Source of the DNA: a virus
Reading direction: 5' to 3' (one strand)
DNA length: 64,000 bases
IMG/VR virus record: IMGVR_UViG_3300028388_006015
Coordinates: 11,148 to 75,147 of that record
Each line of letters opens with the position of its first letter. The stretch's first letter is position 1. Below, piece after piece: positions 40,525-52,100 of the stretch. The translations under genes and the position numbers were made by a program. The notes below the pieces were generated by a model. It had not been told where the DNA came from. It was given only the letters and a program-made list of their open reading frames with translations, and ran no database searches.

Positions 40525-40651
40525 TTAATTTTTTTACAATTTTTGCACTCATCTTCCCTAATACTGCTTGATATTTTTTCAGAAACTCTTTCTCGTATTG
40601 AGTAGTAACGGAATACTTAGGAAGATCTCTGTACTTGCTCTTTTTAGCCAT
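40499..40651 (-). CDS. 50 aa basic small protein
   Basis: Manual translation MAKKSKYRDLPKYSVTTQYEKEFLKKYQAVLGKMSAKIVKKLNAIQRSNT; starts right after the upstream stop. Confidence 0.4.
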   Translation of the reverse strand: MAKKSKYRDLPKYSVTTQYEKEFLKKYQAVLGKMSAKIVKKLNAIQRSNT

Positions 40652-41386
40652 TTAAAAACGAATTGGTGTCCAATTTAATCCAATCCCGACATAAGGTGCG
40701 GGACTTACCGCATTATTATTTAATGTGAATCCGTATCCAACCGAAACCCCAATGCCAAACTTATTGGTAAGTCTGTCGATGATAATAGCTTCACCATCTA
40801 CAATATCAATATATGGATTGTCGGTTGTAATATCAACAACTGAAGAACGCTTCTTAAAAAAGCCGCCCTTACGCTCAGTAATTTGAGAGGTGAGAGTTGC
40901 ATATGTTTTGAATGCAAGGTCGATCGAATCTTGAGTAGCAACAACGCTCCAATCTGCATACGCGTCTTGATTTTCACCATAATATGCATACTCAGGACAG
41001 TCGTTAGTGATTGTATTGTTTACGGGCACAGGAATTTCAACATATTCAGTATCTATTACCTCACGCGTTAATGTTGGAACGCTACCTTTATATTTGAGCT
41101 CAGCAACTAAGCGCGTATAATTGCGAATCAGACGATCTTGCTTCCGCACCTCTTTAAGAGCTTGATTGAGAAGAGAGTCTTTTTCTGAATACGCCCCTTC
41201 AATCTCATTACGATCAAGAACTAATGCTTCAATGCGAGTATGCGTTTGGTTGAGACTGTCTTTGTACGTATTAATAACGTCGGTGTGATAACTTTCAAGT
41301 TCGCGATGAATTCTTTGTTCCCTCGCACAAAATGATACCGATAACACGATACCGATTGCAAGTATGATGAATAGCCACTTTGTCAT
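40652..41386 (-). CDS. spanin-like membrane protein
   Basis: N-terminal TM helix, coiled coil, C-terminal amphipathic beta strands FGIGVSVGYG..PYVGIGLNW ending in Phe. Confidence 0.55.
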   Translation of the reverse strand: MTKWLFIILAIGIVLSVSFCAREQRIHRELESYHTDVINTYKDSLNQTHTRIEALVLDRNEIEGAYSEKDSLLNQALKEVRKQDRLIRNYTRLVAELKYKGSVPTLTREVIDTEYVEIPVPVNNTITNDCPEYAYYGENQDAYADWSVVATQDSIDLAFKTYATLTSQITERKGGFFKKRSSVVDITTDNPYIDIVDGEAIIIDRLTNKFGIGVSVGYGFTLNNNAVSPAPYVGIGLNWTPIRF

Positions 41387-41390
41387 AATA

Positions 41391-41993
41391 TTAATATTGT
41401 TTGATTACGTTTTTGATTACGTCCAAGTCAAGACACATTCCCGCCACTCCAATAACTTCATTATTGCGAAATCGCGGATATTTTTGAACAACTAAAAGTG
41501 TAGTTTCGCCTTCAGGGTTTACAAACTTTTCTACACCAATCCAACTCATTTTATTTTCGACAACCCACTTATTGTTCTCCATATAACGCTCAGCAAATTT
41601 TTGATCATTATATAGATCACTTATCTTTTTGCCAATGCAATCCTTTGCACTCAAATTATAATCATTGAGAAATGTTCGCTCATACTCTTTATTGACATAT
41701 AGCATTACACCATCTATGGATGTAAGCCAATGAGCGTTAACGTGATCATAAGTTGCCGATTCAAAGAACACTATTTGAGATTGTAAGATATATACCTGTT
41801 TTTGCAATTCTCCAATCAACAAGTCATTTCTCTCAACCTCTTGTTTTAATGCCAATCTCTCAGCCTTGTATTCACTAATGATTAATACAAGCTCGTCCAT
41901 ATTTGTTTTTCGTCGCGTTGCCAAGTATGTTAAAAAACCACTAATGACAGTGGACGAGAATATAGCTATAACTAGCTGTAATACATTGTCCAT
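41391..41993 (-). CDS. holin-like TM + coiled coil + PAS domain protein
   Basis: One N-terminal TM then RRK, a heptad coil, then WLTSIDGVMLYVNKEYE..DCIGKKISDLY..KYPRF..VIGVAGMCLD (PAS_4-type). Confidence 0.75.
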   Translation of the reverse strand: MDNVLQLVIAIFSSTVISGFLTYLATRRKTNMDELVLIISEYKAERLALKQEVERNDLLIGELQKQVYILQSQIVFFESATYDHVNAHWLTSIDGVMLYVNKEYERTFLNDYNLSAKDCIGKKISDLYNDQKFAERYMENNKWVVENKMSWIGVEKFVNPEGETTLLVVQKYPRFRNNEVIGVAGMCLDLDVIKNVIKQY

Positions 41994-41999
41994 GGGAAT

Positions 42000-43595
42000 T
42001 TAATTAAAAGCACCACTCTTTAGCTCGTCCTCAAAGGCTTTATAAACGGGGTTTGCATTAAAATCATAAAACTCGCCCTGATCTCCTTCTTCGTTATACT
42101 CATCAATGGCCTCGTTACTTTCTTGTCCACCCATAGCTTGTTGTGAGAGCCATTGAATATATTGAGGATTAAGAACAATATCATCGTCTTCAAGATCACG
42201 AGGAAGACCTGCTTTTTCACGAGCTTCTTTGAGTCCCATAATAGAGCCGACTCTTTTAGCATCAAGTTCTACTTCATCTTTTTCGTTTTCAGAATCAAGA
42301 CCAACAAACTCCAAAACAAATTCGTCAGTTAATGGCTCAATAAGCCACCTATTAAGCTTTCTTTGAATAAAACGCATTAATGGTCTCAATCCTTTATCAC
42401 GACTATATTTCAATCGCGCTTCATTATTTCCTTCAAAAAGAGACTGGCTTCCTGAACTTCCACTAAGATGAAAACCAATCTCACTAGGGTCAATACGATA
42501 TACACTACATGCAATCTTCAACAAGTATTCTTGCCACTTAGAGAATTCCATGTCTCGATTAGACTTTTGCATATCTATCCATTCAAAATCATCAGCCTGG
42601 ATCAATGGAGTCTTCCAGCTATTTTGAACACCCGAAACCATTGACCACCATTCTTGACGAAATTCGCTAAGTCGCGTTTCGTTTACAACACCTGCAGCCT
42701 TCCAAACTCCCTTTGGAGCACTTCCTTGAGAAAAGAAGTTACCATTATGCTGATCACCCCACAACATCCATGTTACAATCTTAATAAGTACCTCCAATTC
42801 ACTCATTCCATACCCATTGCTCGTTAAAGTGTTTTGAGGATTTCTGATACCTAAACACATTTCCCAAGGATAGAAATAAGAGATGATCGTATCCTCATAA
42901 AGCTGAACATATTCAGGAGCATATCCATTAACCTTTTGAATATCAGCACTATCATACGTATGATCGACCTTACGAATAGTTGAGCTGTCGCATGTTACAA
43001 ATTCAGTCGGTCTAAAACGACGATCTTGTACGACCTCGAATGCAGCATGATCAAGAACAAGACTGTCAGAAAGCCACTTTCGAATAAAATCCTCAATATT
43101 ATCACCAACCCACTTCTTATCTTCCACGCTACAATTGAGAATGAATTTTTCCAACTCCCTTACCTTCTTGTTGTTGTACAACTTTTCATTGCCATCTCTC
43201 TTATTGCGTTCTCTACGTACAAAGCGAAATCCAACCTCATATTTTTCCCATGCAGGTTGAAGAAATTCGCACACTTGATCTATTCTCGTTCCAATAACTG
43301 CAGCAATTACAGGCGTTTTGGCAATTTTGCGCAACATTTTTTCAGAAACACCAGCAAAACGTTGTTGGTATCCACGAGTATTGTTGTTGCTATAGGGATC
43401 TGAAATTATTGTTGATCGCTTACTTGTATTGGCTTGTTGTTTCGCACTTTGTTGTAATTGTGCAGATACAGAATATGCCTTCATTATTGAATGAGGGTCG
43501 TTGGATAGCATGGCCTTGTGCAGCACTTCTTGTTGACGTGCTTGTAGGTCTTGTATCTGCTTAGATATCTGTTGTAATTCTGTTAATTCTGACAT
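42000..43595 (-). CDS. portal protein
   Basis: IRNP..GYGMSELE, NFFSQGSAPKG, DMEFSKW..IACSVYRIDPSEIG, GLRPLM, EAREKAGL. Confidence 0.92.
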   Translation of the reverse strand: MSELTELQQISKQIQDLQARQQEVLHKAMLSNDPHSIMKAYSVSAQLQQSAKQQANTSKRSTIISDPYSNNNTRGYQQRFAGVSEKMLRKIAKTPVIAAVIGTRIDQVCEFLQPAWEKYEVGFRFVRRERNKRDGNEKLYNNKKVRELEKFILNCSVEDKKWVGDNIEDFIRKWLSDSLVLDHAAFEVVQDRRFRPTEFVTCDSSTIRKVDHTYDSADIQKVNGYAPEYVQLYEDTIISYFYPWEMCLGIRNPQNTLTSNGYGMSELEVLIKIVTWMLWGDQHNGNFFSQGSAPKGVWKAAGVVNETRLSEFRQEWWSMVSGVQNSWKTPLIQADDFEWIDMQKSNRDMEFSKWQEYLLKIACSVYRIDPSEIGFHLSGSSGSQSLFEGNNEARLKYSRDKGLRPLMRFIQRKLNRWLIEPLTDEFVLEFVGLDSENEKDEVELDAKRVGSIMGLKEAREKAGLPRDLEDDDIVLNPQYIQWLSQQAMGGQESNEAIDEYNEEGDQGEFYDFNANPVYKAFEDELKSGAFN

Positions 43596-43616
43596 TCGCG
43601 CAACTTTAAAACGTTG

Positions 43617-43647
43617 GAAATATACGTTAAAAAAGTATGCATTCCAA
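43617..43647 (-). promoter_or_regulatory. Bacteroidetes-type promoter TTG-N20-TATATTTC upstream of portal
   Basis: Same architecture and spacing as the motifs at 2523 and 60067. Confidence 0.4.
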
Positions 43648-43667
43648 CGACCCTCATTTAATAAAAA

Positions 43668-44165
43668 TTAAACGCCCTCGGCAGATGTATTATTAATCAA
43701 CTCCTGTTCTTCACCACCATTATCATTATCAAAGAAGAAGTGGTATAGCGGATTGATTATATTTATTACCAATGCAATCGCAAAAGCCTCAAATTGACCG
43801 TTTCCTGATATCCAAGCAAACAGTGTCTCTATTAATTGAGCTGCTGCTCCATCAGGAAACGCAATACCTAAACCTACAGGAATCATAAGAAGAACAGTCA
43901 AGGATTGAATCCTAAAATTCATAGATTTTAGAAAATCCCACGACCATTGTTGAGTTTTTGTTAGCAACTTTAATACCGGGTTAAGAAAGTTTGTAATAAG
44001 CAACGCCACAATGGCTCCGATGTTGCCTCCATTAAAAACTTCAAACACCTCTCCTCCTGATACTCCAATATCAAAACCGTTAAGGTTAAATACGAGCAAA
44101 ACGAGCGATATCAAAGATACAAAAAAGTTGCGACTATCAAAAGTTGCATTAATCTTGGTTTGCAT
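43668..44165 (-). CDS. 4-TM membrane protein with internal duplication (holin candidate)
   Basis: Two halves SRNF..NFLNP / SMNF..NIINP, each with two hydrophobic segments; acidic tail. Confidence 0.55.
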   Translation of the reverse strand: MQTKINATFDSRNFFVSLISLVLLVFNLNGFDIGVSGGEVFEVFNGGNIGAIVALLITNFLNPVLKLLTKTQQWSWDFLKSMNFRIQSLTVLLMIPVGLGIAFPDGAAAQLIETLFAWISGNGQFEAFAIALVINIINPLYHFFFDNDNGGEEQELINNTSAEGV

Positions 44166-44170
44166 GACTA

Positions 44171-44746
44171 CTAAAGTTTTTTGCAATGAAAAGTAAGTTG
44201 AATTTTAATGTCTGTTGGAGCGACTCCTCCAGTTCCATCTTTGTTGTTATCAGCACCTCCATGCCATGGAAGAATATAGGCGGCTTTGCGAAAATCTTTA
44301 TCCCATAAATATTGCGCCTCTATTGCTTTTTCGTCAGTGAAAATCTTGATCTTTACAAGACTGTCGTGAATAAATCTAATTTCACCACTAACATCTTGTC
44401 CTCGTTTAACACTTATTTCATTAGGTCTGACGAACTTGCCTTTATCATAGTTAAAATACGGAGCAATATCCCAAGTACCTTTTTCAGGGTTTGATTGGAA
44501 CGTTACAATAGCAGCATCATAATTTGAAGGATTATTCTTGTTAAGATTAACGCCAAATAATTTGCTACTATCTAGTTGATCAGGATCTGGACGTATATCG
44601 TATGGATCGCTTAATATGCGAAATGAAAACTGAATACTATGCGTTTTTCGAACATTAATGCTCTTGAGAAAACGATAGTAAAAACGAGCAACTAAAGCTT
44701 TTACGCTTCTATCTATGTGGTGGCCTTTTTTAATTGTATAGATCAT
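44171..44746 (-). CDS. hypothetical beta-sandwich protein
   Basis: 191 aa; KLFG..PWHGG..AP pattern; start overlaps the upstream stop. Confidence 0.55.
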   Translation of the reverse strand: MIYTIKKGHHIDRSVKALVARFYYRFLKSINVRKTHSIQFSFRILSDPYDIRPDPDQLDSSKLFGVNLNKNNPSNYDAAIVTFQSNPEKGTWDIAPYFNYDKGKFVRPNEISVKRGQDVSGEIRFIHDSLVKIKIFTDEKAIEAQYLWDKDFRKAAYILPWHGGADNNKDGTGGVAPTDIKIQLTFHCKKL

Positions 44747-45339
44747 TGCTTATATAGAATTAATGATTGGTCTAAACTTCTATACTCTACTCTACCAGCA
44801 TTGTAGAGTCGATATAGCTCGTTATCTCCATTATAACCTAAGATCTTTAACCAACTACTTCCTAAAAATCTCAGACTAAACGATTGTGGCCCAACTGTCA
44901 TTGTTGGAGTGGGTTCAAAAGATATCAATGCATTAAAATAATTCTCCCCTCCATCTTCTGAAATTTGCCAATTGCCAGTATAAGATTCAGCTACTGCATC
45001 TGCAGATATATCAAATATACTCACTCCAAACAAATTAAACAAAGAAGTATTTGCATCAACAACGACAGTAATAACCTCAGAGCGATCCCATATATCATTA
45101 ACTTTCAAAGCTAAATCTTCAACTTGATTGTTTACTCTTCGAGATAGCAAATCCATAACTACAGAAGTGTCTTGAGTTTCGTATTGTGTAGTCGTAATTA
45201 TTACACCTTTCTTAAAAGATTGTCCTACATAATAATATCCATTAAGCTCATAAGCAAAGATGCTGTCAGGTGTAGTTTGAGCTTGACCTACTGTGAAAGC
45301 GGACAGAAATAGAAACAAAAAAACGATAATGATTTTCAT
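44743..45339 (-). CDS. secreted protein with Sec signal peptide
   Basis: Probable start 45339 MKIIIVFLFLFLSAFTVGQA-Q. Confidence 0.65.
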   Translation of the reverse strand: MKIIIVFLFLFLSAFTVGQAQTTPDSIFAYELNGYYYVGQSFKKGVIITTTQYETQDTSVVMDLLSRRVNNQVEDLALKVNDIWDRSEVITVVVDANTSLFNLFGVSIFDISADAVAESYTGNWQISEDGGENYFNALISFEPTPTMTVGPQSFSLRFLGSSWLKILGYNGDNELYRLYNAGRVEYRSLDQSLILYKQ

Positions 45340-45352
45340 AATTATTTGTTTT

Positions 45353-46159
45353 TTAAAAGTTGTATCTTGCATAAATCCAATCTCGCACTGACGCAATTTC
45401 TGTATTATTATGCTCATCGTCATAAATTAACAACTCAGCTATATATCCATCCCAAAAGCCTGAAGCCCCATCTCTACTAGAACCTATACAGCTACCATTA
45501 ACCAAAAACTCACCCCAAGATTCAGACAATGAGTTAAAAGCTATACTTGTTCCTGGAGATACTACTGTCTTAAATTGACTACCAGAGTCGTCAATCATTA
45601 CAACATACAATCTAGCAGTATTAATACTAGAACTGGATACTTTTGAAAATGCTTGAGTTTGACCCCTTACTAAAAACTCCTGAAACGATGCTGTTGATGC
45701 GTCAGATCTAATTATAAGACCTCCACTATTAGCTCCATTAAAACTAAATATTCGTTTATCGACAACATTAGCATCTGCTTTTCCTACAACATAGACAGTA
45801 ATATGAGCGTTATTTGGCAAGAAGTCTCCGGTAGTTAACTCAAATCTATCATTAGCTCCATCAAAAACATAAGATGCTTGATTATTCATCACACCTACTA
45901 TTGGAGCAAAAGTAGGTCTAAATGATGATATTGTTTGCTCATAAACAACGGTAGGATCTGCCCAATTAATTGGAGAGCTTACTGATTGACCGTTAGTATA
46001 AGTATCTATTTCAGCAGAGGCCTGAATGTGCACTTTTAAATTTGCAGTAACAGGAGGAGCTTCATATAAACCACCCCCATGCTGTCCCAACCACATTCCT
46101 TGCTGAGAAATCCCAACAAGAGGTAATAGCCATAATATGATTAATACTAGTCTATTCAT
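45353..46159 (-). CDS. secreted LamG/concanavalin-like lectin protein
   Basis: MNRLVLIILWLLPLVGIS-Q signal; YVFDGAND, WDGYIAELLIYD, WIYARY LamG motifs; TAATG coupling to the giant gene. Confidence 0.75.
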   Translation of the reverse strand: MNRLVLIILWLLPLVGISQQGMWLGQHGGGLYEAPPVTANLKVHIQASAEIDTYTNGQSVSSPINWADPTVVYEQTISSFRPTFAPIVGVMNNQASYVFDGANDRFELTTGDFLPNNAHITVYVVGKADANVVDKRIFSFNGANSGGLIIRSDASTASFQEFLVRGQTQAFSKVSSSSINTARLYVVMIDDSGSQFKTVVSPGTSIAFNSLSESWGEFLVNGSCIGSSRDGASGFWDGYIAELLIYDDEHNNTEIASVRDWIYARYNF

Positions 46160-49100
46160 TATTCTATTGTTGTTAAGCATTTATATACGCCTGAGTTTCC
46201 GTAACAAGTCACCATCGCTTCTGTAGCTATTGTTATAGTACCTAAATCGGTACCGTCTAATGAATTGAATTCTGATGGAAAAGTAATATCCGTATCGGCA
46301 CTCATACCGGAAAAGTGGAAGTTATATACAGGAGCTGTACCTGCCAATGTAACTTCATTGTTAATAGTTAGAGTACAGTCGTTATTACCTGTATTAGTTA
46401 TATAGTAACTAGCGTTATAATAGCCCTCCATATCTAATGTAATAGTCGATCCTGTAATATTCCCAGTCAACAATTTATTTGTTAATTTCTCAAGGTAGTC
46501 GTATACCGCATTTTGGCTAGGCGCATTTGCCGTATCGCCATCCCATCCAGATCCGTAAGCATCATCCTCAACTCCTCCTACATCACCTTTAGACGCCATT
46601 AAATCCCAATCACTGGCCAAAGGACCAGGTTCTTCAGTTGTTGATGCTGCCGTGCATACCCAAGCACTTCCATCATTTTCAACTGCTTGATTTATCAAAT
46701 ACGTTCCTGCAGACCAAGCACCTTCCCAAGTAATATCACCATCGGCACCTGGAGATCCTGCAGGTCCGGCAGGTCCTTGCTCTCCCTGAAGTGCTTCAAT
46801 TTTCATAATATTTATATACGTTGCTGTATCGGAAACATTAAATACTCCACTATCTTCTATGGAAATAGCGTATAATTTAAGTTTATCCCCGCCATTAAAT
46901 GTTTGAGTGTAAGTCAACGTAACAGCGCCATCATCTTGATTGCCATCTCTAGTAACATAGTCATTTGTACTAATGATAGAGCTATATCCTGACCCTTCAT
47001 CTAAATGAAGACTTGCTGTAAGTTCGTTTCTACTAATAGCTCCGTTACCTGCTACTTGAAAAGATATTTGATATAAAGCAGTGTCTAATAATGTAATCTC
47101 TTCACCACTTACCGTATACACTGAATCATCAGTTTCGTAGGGAGTATCCCACGATAAAAATGTACCACTACTTGCAATATTACTAGTAGTTGTAGTAAAT
47201 GCTCCCATAAACGAGAATGAACTAGGAATTGTTGTTTCAGGCGTTATCCATTTAAGACTATCTAAACCATCATTGATTCCTAAATAAGCACCTGCAACAG
47301 CAGATCCGGCAATTGGGTGTCTTTCCATATCATCGTCACTCGATCTAAAGCCTAACAATGACTCAGGAACACCATCATTAAACGTTTCGTACTTATCTAA
47401 TTCCACTCGCCCGTCTGATTGTAGTGTCATAACATTCTGAGTGGTCAATCCATTAGTAGTCCAAAAATTAAGATCTGATGAGCGACTCGATCCATTCCAA
47501 TTACCAACTGCACTAGATTCAATAAACGACATTGGATAAAATGTACTAGACTCGTAACCTCCAAACAAAATTGCTCCTAATTTTTCACGATCAAAAATAC
47601 TTGCATCTGAAGATCCAATAGTTAAGTGATTACTTCCTGATATAAAAGATGATCCGCCGGTACTACTAGGTGCTTCTAAGAATAAAGAGCTGTATGATAA
47701 AGTACTATCTCCATCCTCCCACTTAAATCTTGTAAGGTTCGATCCGGCATCTGGATGTATTGCAAAATCACCATCTACAAAAAACTGATAACTACTATCC
47801 GCAGTACCAATTGATGCTCTTCCTAATCTATAAACTGCACTCAAATACGTACTATCTCCCTCAAATCTCCAATCATCATCTCCTCCCCCTGAATCGCTTT
47901 GTAGATCTTCAATTGGAACGGCTAAATTAGATTCTCCATCCACCAATCTTAAAGAATCTCCATCTACCTCAAAACTAATATTATATCCTGATGTATCAGG
48001 AGATCCTCCTCCTGTTGGAGTGTCGTAGAAAATAAACGTCACGTCACTATCAGTGCTATCTGGTACCCATGCACCACGAACATAAACGGTCTTTGCTGTT
48101 GTTGCTGATACTTCAGGAACACTACCATCATTAAATAAGTGTGCATCTAAAAGCGTATATGTTCCACCTGCTGGATCTAATATTTGCAATACTGGTTTGG
48201 ATCCAACTGTTGTAAATTCGCCAATTAACGTAACGTCGTTTAGACGAGATGAAATTAACGTTGCTTCATCAACACTACGAAAAACACCTCTCAGCTCAAA
48301 AGTAGCGCCTGTAGGTGGCGTAAAGCTTCGAGGAGCAAATAATGGATCGTCAATTGCACCAGTATAATCAAGATTGTATGTGAATTCGCCCTCATAACGA
48401 ATAAATAGATTCTCACAATATGCATTAGGAAAATATCCTGTTTGCATAAGAGGACTGTTGCCAAAATATTGATCTATATTTACTTCAATTGCACTATTGC
48501 GCAATGTATCTGCTCCTGTTCCCCAGTCAAAAGCAAACAATCCATATTCATTAACATGACTGTCAAATCCGCCATTAGTTGTCAGGTTACTGACACGATC
48601 ACTAATCATATTACCGACATTCCATCTAAGAGATGTGTTTTCCCATCTATGCGATCCGGTAACCTGAAAAATACTGAAATCTTGATCAATTATATTCCAA
48701 TATCCAATATTGATTTCGTGAGATTGATTGATGCATGTGTCAGTAAGAAAATAAAAGCCTCCCTGACGATATTGATTAAGTCTTTGAATGTTAAATTGCG
48801 TGTTTTCAAAACCTGTAGTACCGTCCCACTGACAAACAAAATTGTCTGTTGATATTTTATCAATCGTAATATTTGCAATCACTCCCTGTTCAAGCTCAAA
48901 TAATGGAACTGATGTAGTGTTTGTCAAAAACGTATCAACAATCTCCTTAGCTTCAAATATTAAACTTTTGCCTGTTGTTGAATTCATATAGGCAATTTCT
49001 CCATCATTTCTTATTGTAATTTTTCCCCGACCAAGTACCGTAATGCCATATCCATTATTATCATACCATAATGGAGAAGTTGATGCGTTAATGATCTCAG

Positions 49101-52100
49101 CGCCCTCAAATAAATAATATTGAAGATCGGGAGCTGTAATTAAATTATTAGAAGTTGCTGAATTCTTGATAATATCGTAATCAGGATACTCTCCCGTATA
49201 CGTCAATGTTGTAGCGATATATCTTCCCGGTAATACTTGAATTTGATCTGAACTATCTGCAGCCGCAGCAGCAGCCCAAGGATCTTTCCATGGACGAAGA
49301 TAGTTTCCCTTTTCTGCAGTTGCGTTATTACCGTTTTCCGCAACAAATAGAATATCTCCATAATTTTCTTCTCCCACAAACGTACTTAACGTATCATTGC
49401 CATCTACAAGATATAACGTATCATTATCTACATACATATCAATGTTATATCCTGATGTGTCCGTATTGTCAAGATACGATGCAAGATCGGCTTCAAGAGT
49501 TCCGTCCTGATCAGTAATTTTTAAAGTATCGTTTTCGATTATAAGATTGTAGTTCGATCCAGAAGTATCTAAACCTATTCCATCTTGAAGTGATGCGAGA
49601 TCTTCAGTTAATGTGCCATCTTGATCAGTCAGTTCGAGTACTGTTCCGTTAAGTACTAAGCTATAATTACTTCCAGACGTATCGAGTCCAATTCCATCTT
49701 GCAGATCTGGAATGTAAATGGCAAGATTAGTGCTTCCATCAATAATTCTCAAAGAATCTCCATCAATTTCAAAAGATATGTTATATCCGGAAGTGTCTGT
49801 ATTTTCTATAGGAAATACTTGCCATGCCGTTCCGTCCCAATAATTAAACAAGTCAAGATCTGTATTCCAAAAAAAAGCACCATCATATACAACAGACGGA
49901 AGTGTAGGCCATAAATCTCGAGCTACTGTACTTGCATTAGTAGGTACGATAACACCTTCCGATGTGACTTTAACAGTCTCTAATTGAATTTCATGTCCAC
50001 TATCTACATCTAATCTTAAATCACCACTGATTTCATCTATTACTACTCCACCATCAAAATTATATATCGCAAAACTATCTAGAGGTGAATGACCTTCGAG
50101 ATAATAGTTAACAGCATCATCTGAGCTATATGGTGTAACTACCCTTATAGCTCTTTCGGACAATCCTGCGTCCGTATTCAGATCAAACTGAAGCCAATAA
50201 TCTTCAGGAACATTAACGTTCATTACAGCAGGTAAACTATTACCATCATTGCGAATGTCAAAAATACCGTTACTGTCTGCTACAATTACAAATAACTCAC
50301 CTAACTGATCTGTTAATTTAAGAGTATCGTTTTCAAGAACGAAACTATAATTTGAACCACTTGTATCTGTGCCTACTAATGATAATAAATCAACTATTAT
50401 AGTTCCATCTTGATCTGTAACTTCTAGGTCTGTACCGTTCAATACAATTGAATAATTAGATCCTGATGTATCAACACCTACCCCATCCTGTAGGGATGCG
50501 AGATCTTGTATTAGTGTACCATTTTGATCGGTTAATTCTAATTGAGTTCCATTAAGCGTTAATGTATAATTACTACCTGACGTATCTACTCCTATACCGT
50601 CTTGAAGATCAGGAATGTATACAGCTAAATTCGTACTACCATCAACAACTCTCAAACTATCGCCGTCAATCTCAAACGATATATTATAGCCCGAAGTGTC
50701 TGTATTGTCAAGAAGATCTGACAGGTCTACATCAGTGCCATTTTCTATATCTAAATCACCCAATCCATTATACGTTAAACCTTGATCGTCTGTATTGTCT
50801 AAATACGCAGATAGATCAACAACCAATAGTCCACTTTGATCAACAATCTTTAACGAATCATTCTCTATAACTAATGAGTAATTTGAACCTGAAGTGTCAG
50901 TACCAACTAAGGATGCTAAATCTTGTATTAACGTTCCTCCTCCATCCACTAACTCAAGATCTGTCCCGTTAAGAGTTAAAGATGTGTTATATTCGTTTGT
51001 TGGGTCTGCATCAGCATCATCAACAGAATCTTCAAATTGAACTTGACCACCATCTACTAACGATATGATAATTGTAGTTCCAGTAGAGTCAATAGACAAA
51101 TCTTGAGTGTCAGTGTTATCGAGATATGGCGACAAAATCACAGCAAAGCTTCCATTCTGATCTTGAATATATAAGCTGTCATTCGATATATAAAAATTAT
51201 AATTTGAGCCTGATGTATCAGTACCTATTCCATCTTGAAGTGACGCCAAATCAGCAGTAAGAGTACCGTTCTGATCAAGCAATTCTAGATCTGTACCGTT
51301 AAGTATTAATGAATAATTTGAACCTGACGTATCCGTTCCAATCCCATCCTGAAGATCAGGGATATAAACGGCGAAGTTAGTATTTCCGTCTGTCAATCTC
51401 AAACTGTCTCCATCTATTACAAATGAAGTATTATATCCAGAAGTATCGGTATTGTCGAGATACGCAGACAAGTCAACTATTAGCGTACCGTTTTGATCTG
51501 CTAATTTCAAAGAATCATTTTGTATGATTAAAGAGTAATTACTGCCCGAACTATCTGTACCGACCAAAGAAGACATGTCTGTAATTATAGTACCATTTTG
51601 ATCTGTAGTTTCAAGATCAGTGCCATTTAATAGTATTGAATAGTTCGAGCCTGAAGTATCCGTTCCAACACCATCTTGAAGGTCTGGAATATAAACAGCC
51701 AAACTCGTTTGACCATCAGTTATTCGTAGACTGTCACCATCAATAACGAATGAGACATTATATCCTGAGGTGTCGGTATTATCAATATAAATATCGTTCA
51801 GTGTTGCTGTGTCTGCTACTAAAGGATCGCCTAATGTTCCATCACCAGAAATACCGTATCCTGTTTCAGCAACTTGGTTTCCCCAATCATCTCCATCCAC
51901 TGTAGCTGCAGATAACGGCTTAAACATACCATCGCCAAACAACACCATAGTATCTTGTCCTATCTGTGGTTGAGGAACAAGTCCTCTTTGACCTGCAGTA
52001 GATGAAGTCGCGCCCACCATTACATTGACAGTATCACCTACTCCATTAGTTATTGACATTAATCCTGTAGCTGCATCGTATGATAAATCTTGCTCATCTA

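Noticed and set aside
46159-46500. Type IX secretion C-terminal signal on the giant protein
   Set aside because: No YPNP or terminal KxxK pattern; the C-terminus looks like a phage fibre-tip domain instead
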